Assembly: GCA_963755715.1 (NCBI GenBank)
Contig: CAVWLW010000052.1
Span: forward strand, 64,001-128,000
Direction: 5' to 3'
Length of the DNA stretch: 64,000 bases
DNA from: an uncultured delta proteobacterium
GTDB taxonomy: Bacteria; Desulfobacterota; Binatia; UBA9968
Positions 63,143 to 64,000 of this stretch are shown here, in pieces. The translations under genes were made by a program, and so were the position numbers. Numbering within the stretch: the first letter of the stretch is position 1; the number at the start of each line of letters is the position of its first letter. The notes beneath the pieces are model-generated. The model made no database searches, was not told where the DNA came from, and saw only the letters and a program-made list of their open reading frames with translations.

Positions 63143-64000
63143 ATGAATGAGAAAATTTTTGCTCTTGCGCTCGGCGTTCTGCTCTTTGCGCTTTGCTTGT
63201 CCGCTCAAGCGCAGCAGCCAACAAAGGTTGCTCGGATAGGTTATCTGAGCCCGGGAGACCCCGTCGGCAGGGGTTATCGCACCGAGGCATTCCGCCTAGG
63301 GCTGAAAGAACTCGGATACATTGAGGAAAAAAATATTATCATCGAGTATCGGTTCGCAGAGGCCAGGTCGGATCGGTTACCCGAGTTGGCGCGCGACCTT
63401 GTCCGTCTCAAGGTCGACATTATCTTTGCAGGAGGCCACGAAGCGACCGAGGCCGCTAAGAATGCGACGCAGATGATCCCGATTGTCACAAGCAGTCAGG
63501 ACCCTGTTCGCTCCGGGTTTGTCGCTGCCTTACCGCGACCAGGTGGAAACATTACCGGACTGACTAACCTTACCTCCGAGTTAGTCGGAAAACGGCTTGA
63601 GCTGCTAAAGGAGGTGATTCCGCAGCTATCCCGCGTCGCCGTCTTATGGACACCAAGTCATCCTGCCTCCACAATCTGGAGAAGGACCGAGGTTGCCGCT
63701 CAATCCCTGGGCGTGCAGCTCCTGGCGGCAGAGCTACGAGATCGAGACGACTGGGTAGAGATCCAAATCGGTAAGGCTGTGTTTAAAGATTTACAGCCGG
63801 CTTTCGCAGCTATAAAAGAAGAACGTGCTGAGGCCCTCTTGATACTACGGAACCCGATCGTTAATGACCAGACAAAAAGGATCGCCAATTTTGCGGCCAA
63901 GAGTAGGTTACCGGCCATCTATGACGAGAAAAGATTTCCGGAGCTTGGTGGCCTCATGAGTTATGGAACCGATCTGGCTGATGTGGACCGGCGTGCGGCA
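63143..64000 (+). CDS. ABC substrate-binding protein (ABC_sub_bind/DUF534 type), truncated by window end
   Basis: MNEKIFALALG..AQAQQPTKVARIGYL, GLKELGY, RLPELARDLVRLKVD, PGGNITG, KRLELLKE read directly from sequence. Confidence 0.87.
   Translation, partial: MNEKIFALALGVLLFALCLSAQAQQPTKVARIGYLSPGDPVGRGYRTEAFRLGLKELGYIEEKNIIIEYRFAEARSDRLPELARDLVRLKVDIIFAGGHEATEAAKNATQMIPIVTSSQDPVRSGFVAALPRPGGNITGLTNLTSELVGKRLELLKEVIPQLSRVAVLWTPSHPASTIWRRTEVAAQSLGVQLLAAELRDRDDWVEIQIGKAVFKDLQPAFAAIKEERAEALLILRNPIVNDQTKRIANFAAKSRLPAIYDEKRFPELGGLMSYGTDLADVDRRAA

Noticed and set aside
1-64000. tRNA, rRNA, riboswitch or prophage
   Set aside because: No recognisable signatures by eye; a tRNAscan/Infernal run would be needed to exclude small RNAs.

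Overview
A 64-kb bacterial window, GC-rich overall, dominated by small-molecule catabolism and uptake paralogs. It holds 14 solute-binding proteins with no ABC permease or ATPase, 6 amidohydrolases, 4 cupins, 4 dihydroxyphthalate-decarboxylase-like proteins and 2 heme-oxygenase-like (TenA/PqqC/CADD) proteins. It also holds 2 class II aldolases, 2 acyl-CoA ligases, 2 crotonases, a UbiD decarboxylase, a Rieske oxygenase and a dienelactone hydrolase. This gene repertoire and the REP-like repeats suggest Candidatus Binatia (Binatota), which is an inference. About 15 genes carry single-base frameshifts, most likely long-read assembly indels. No rRNA, tRNA or CRISPR array was seen. The four most notable observations are: (1) a Tat-signal protein (59981-60882) with an in-frame TGA followed 11 nt later by a SECIS-like hairpin, a candidate new secreted selenoprotein behind a sigma54-type promoter; (2) two cargo modules, each ending in a YgiT-type Zn-finger gene plus a degenerate copy of the 3' end of the upstream CoA-ligase gene (att-like tandem accretion; cargo is gap pair/dedA/GNAT and tadE/tadE/tadG); (3) a GAPDH paralog lacking the catalytic Cys, coupled to a canonical gap; (4) a cluster of tandem Pht5-like decarboxylases with a diiron HDO and aldolases. 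An IS with imperfect inverted ends lies at about 61.2-62.7 kb.
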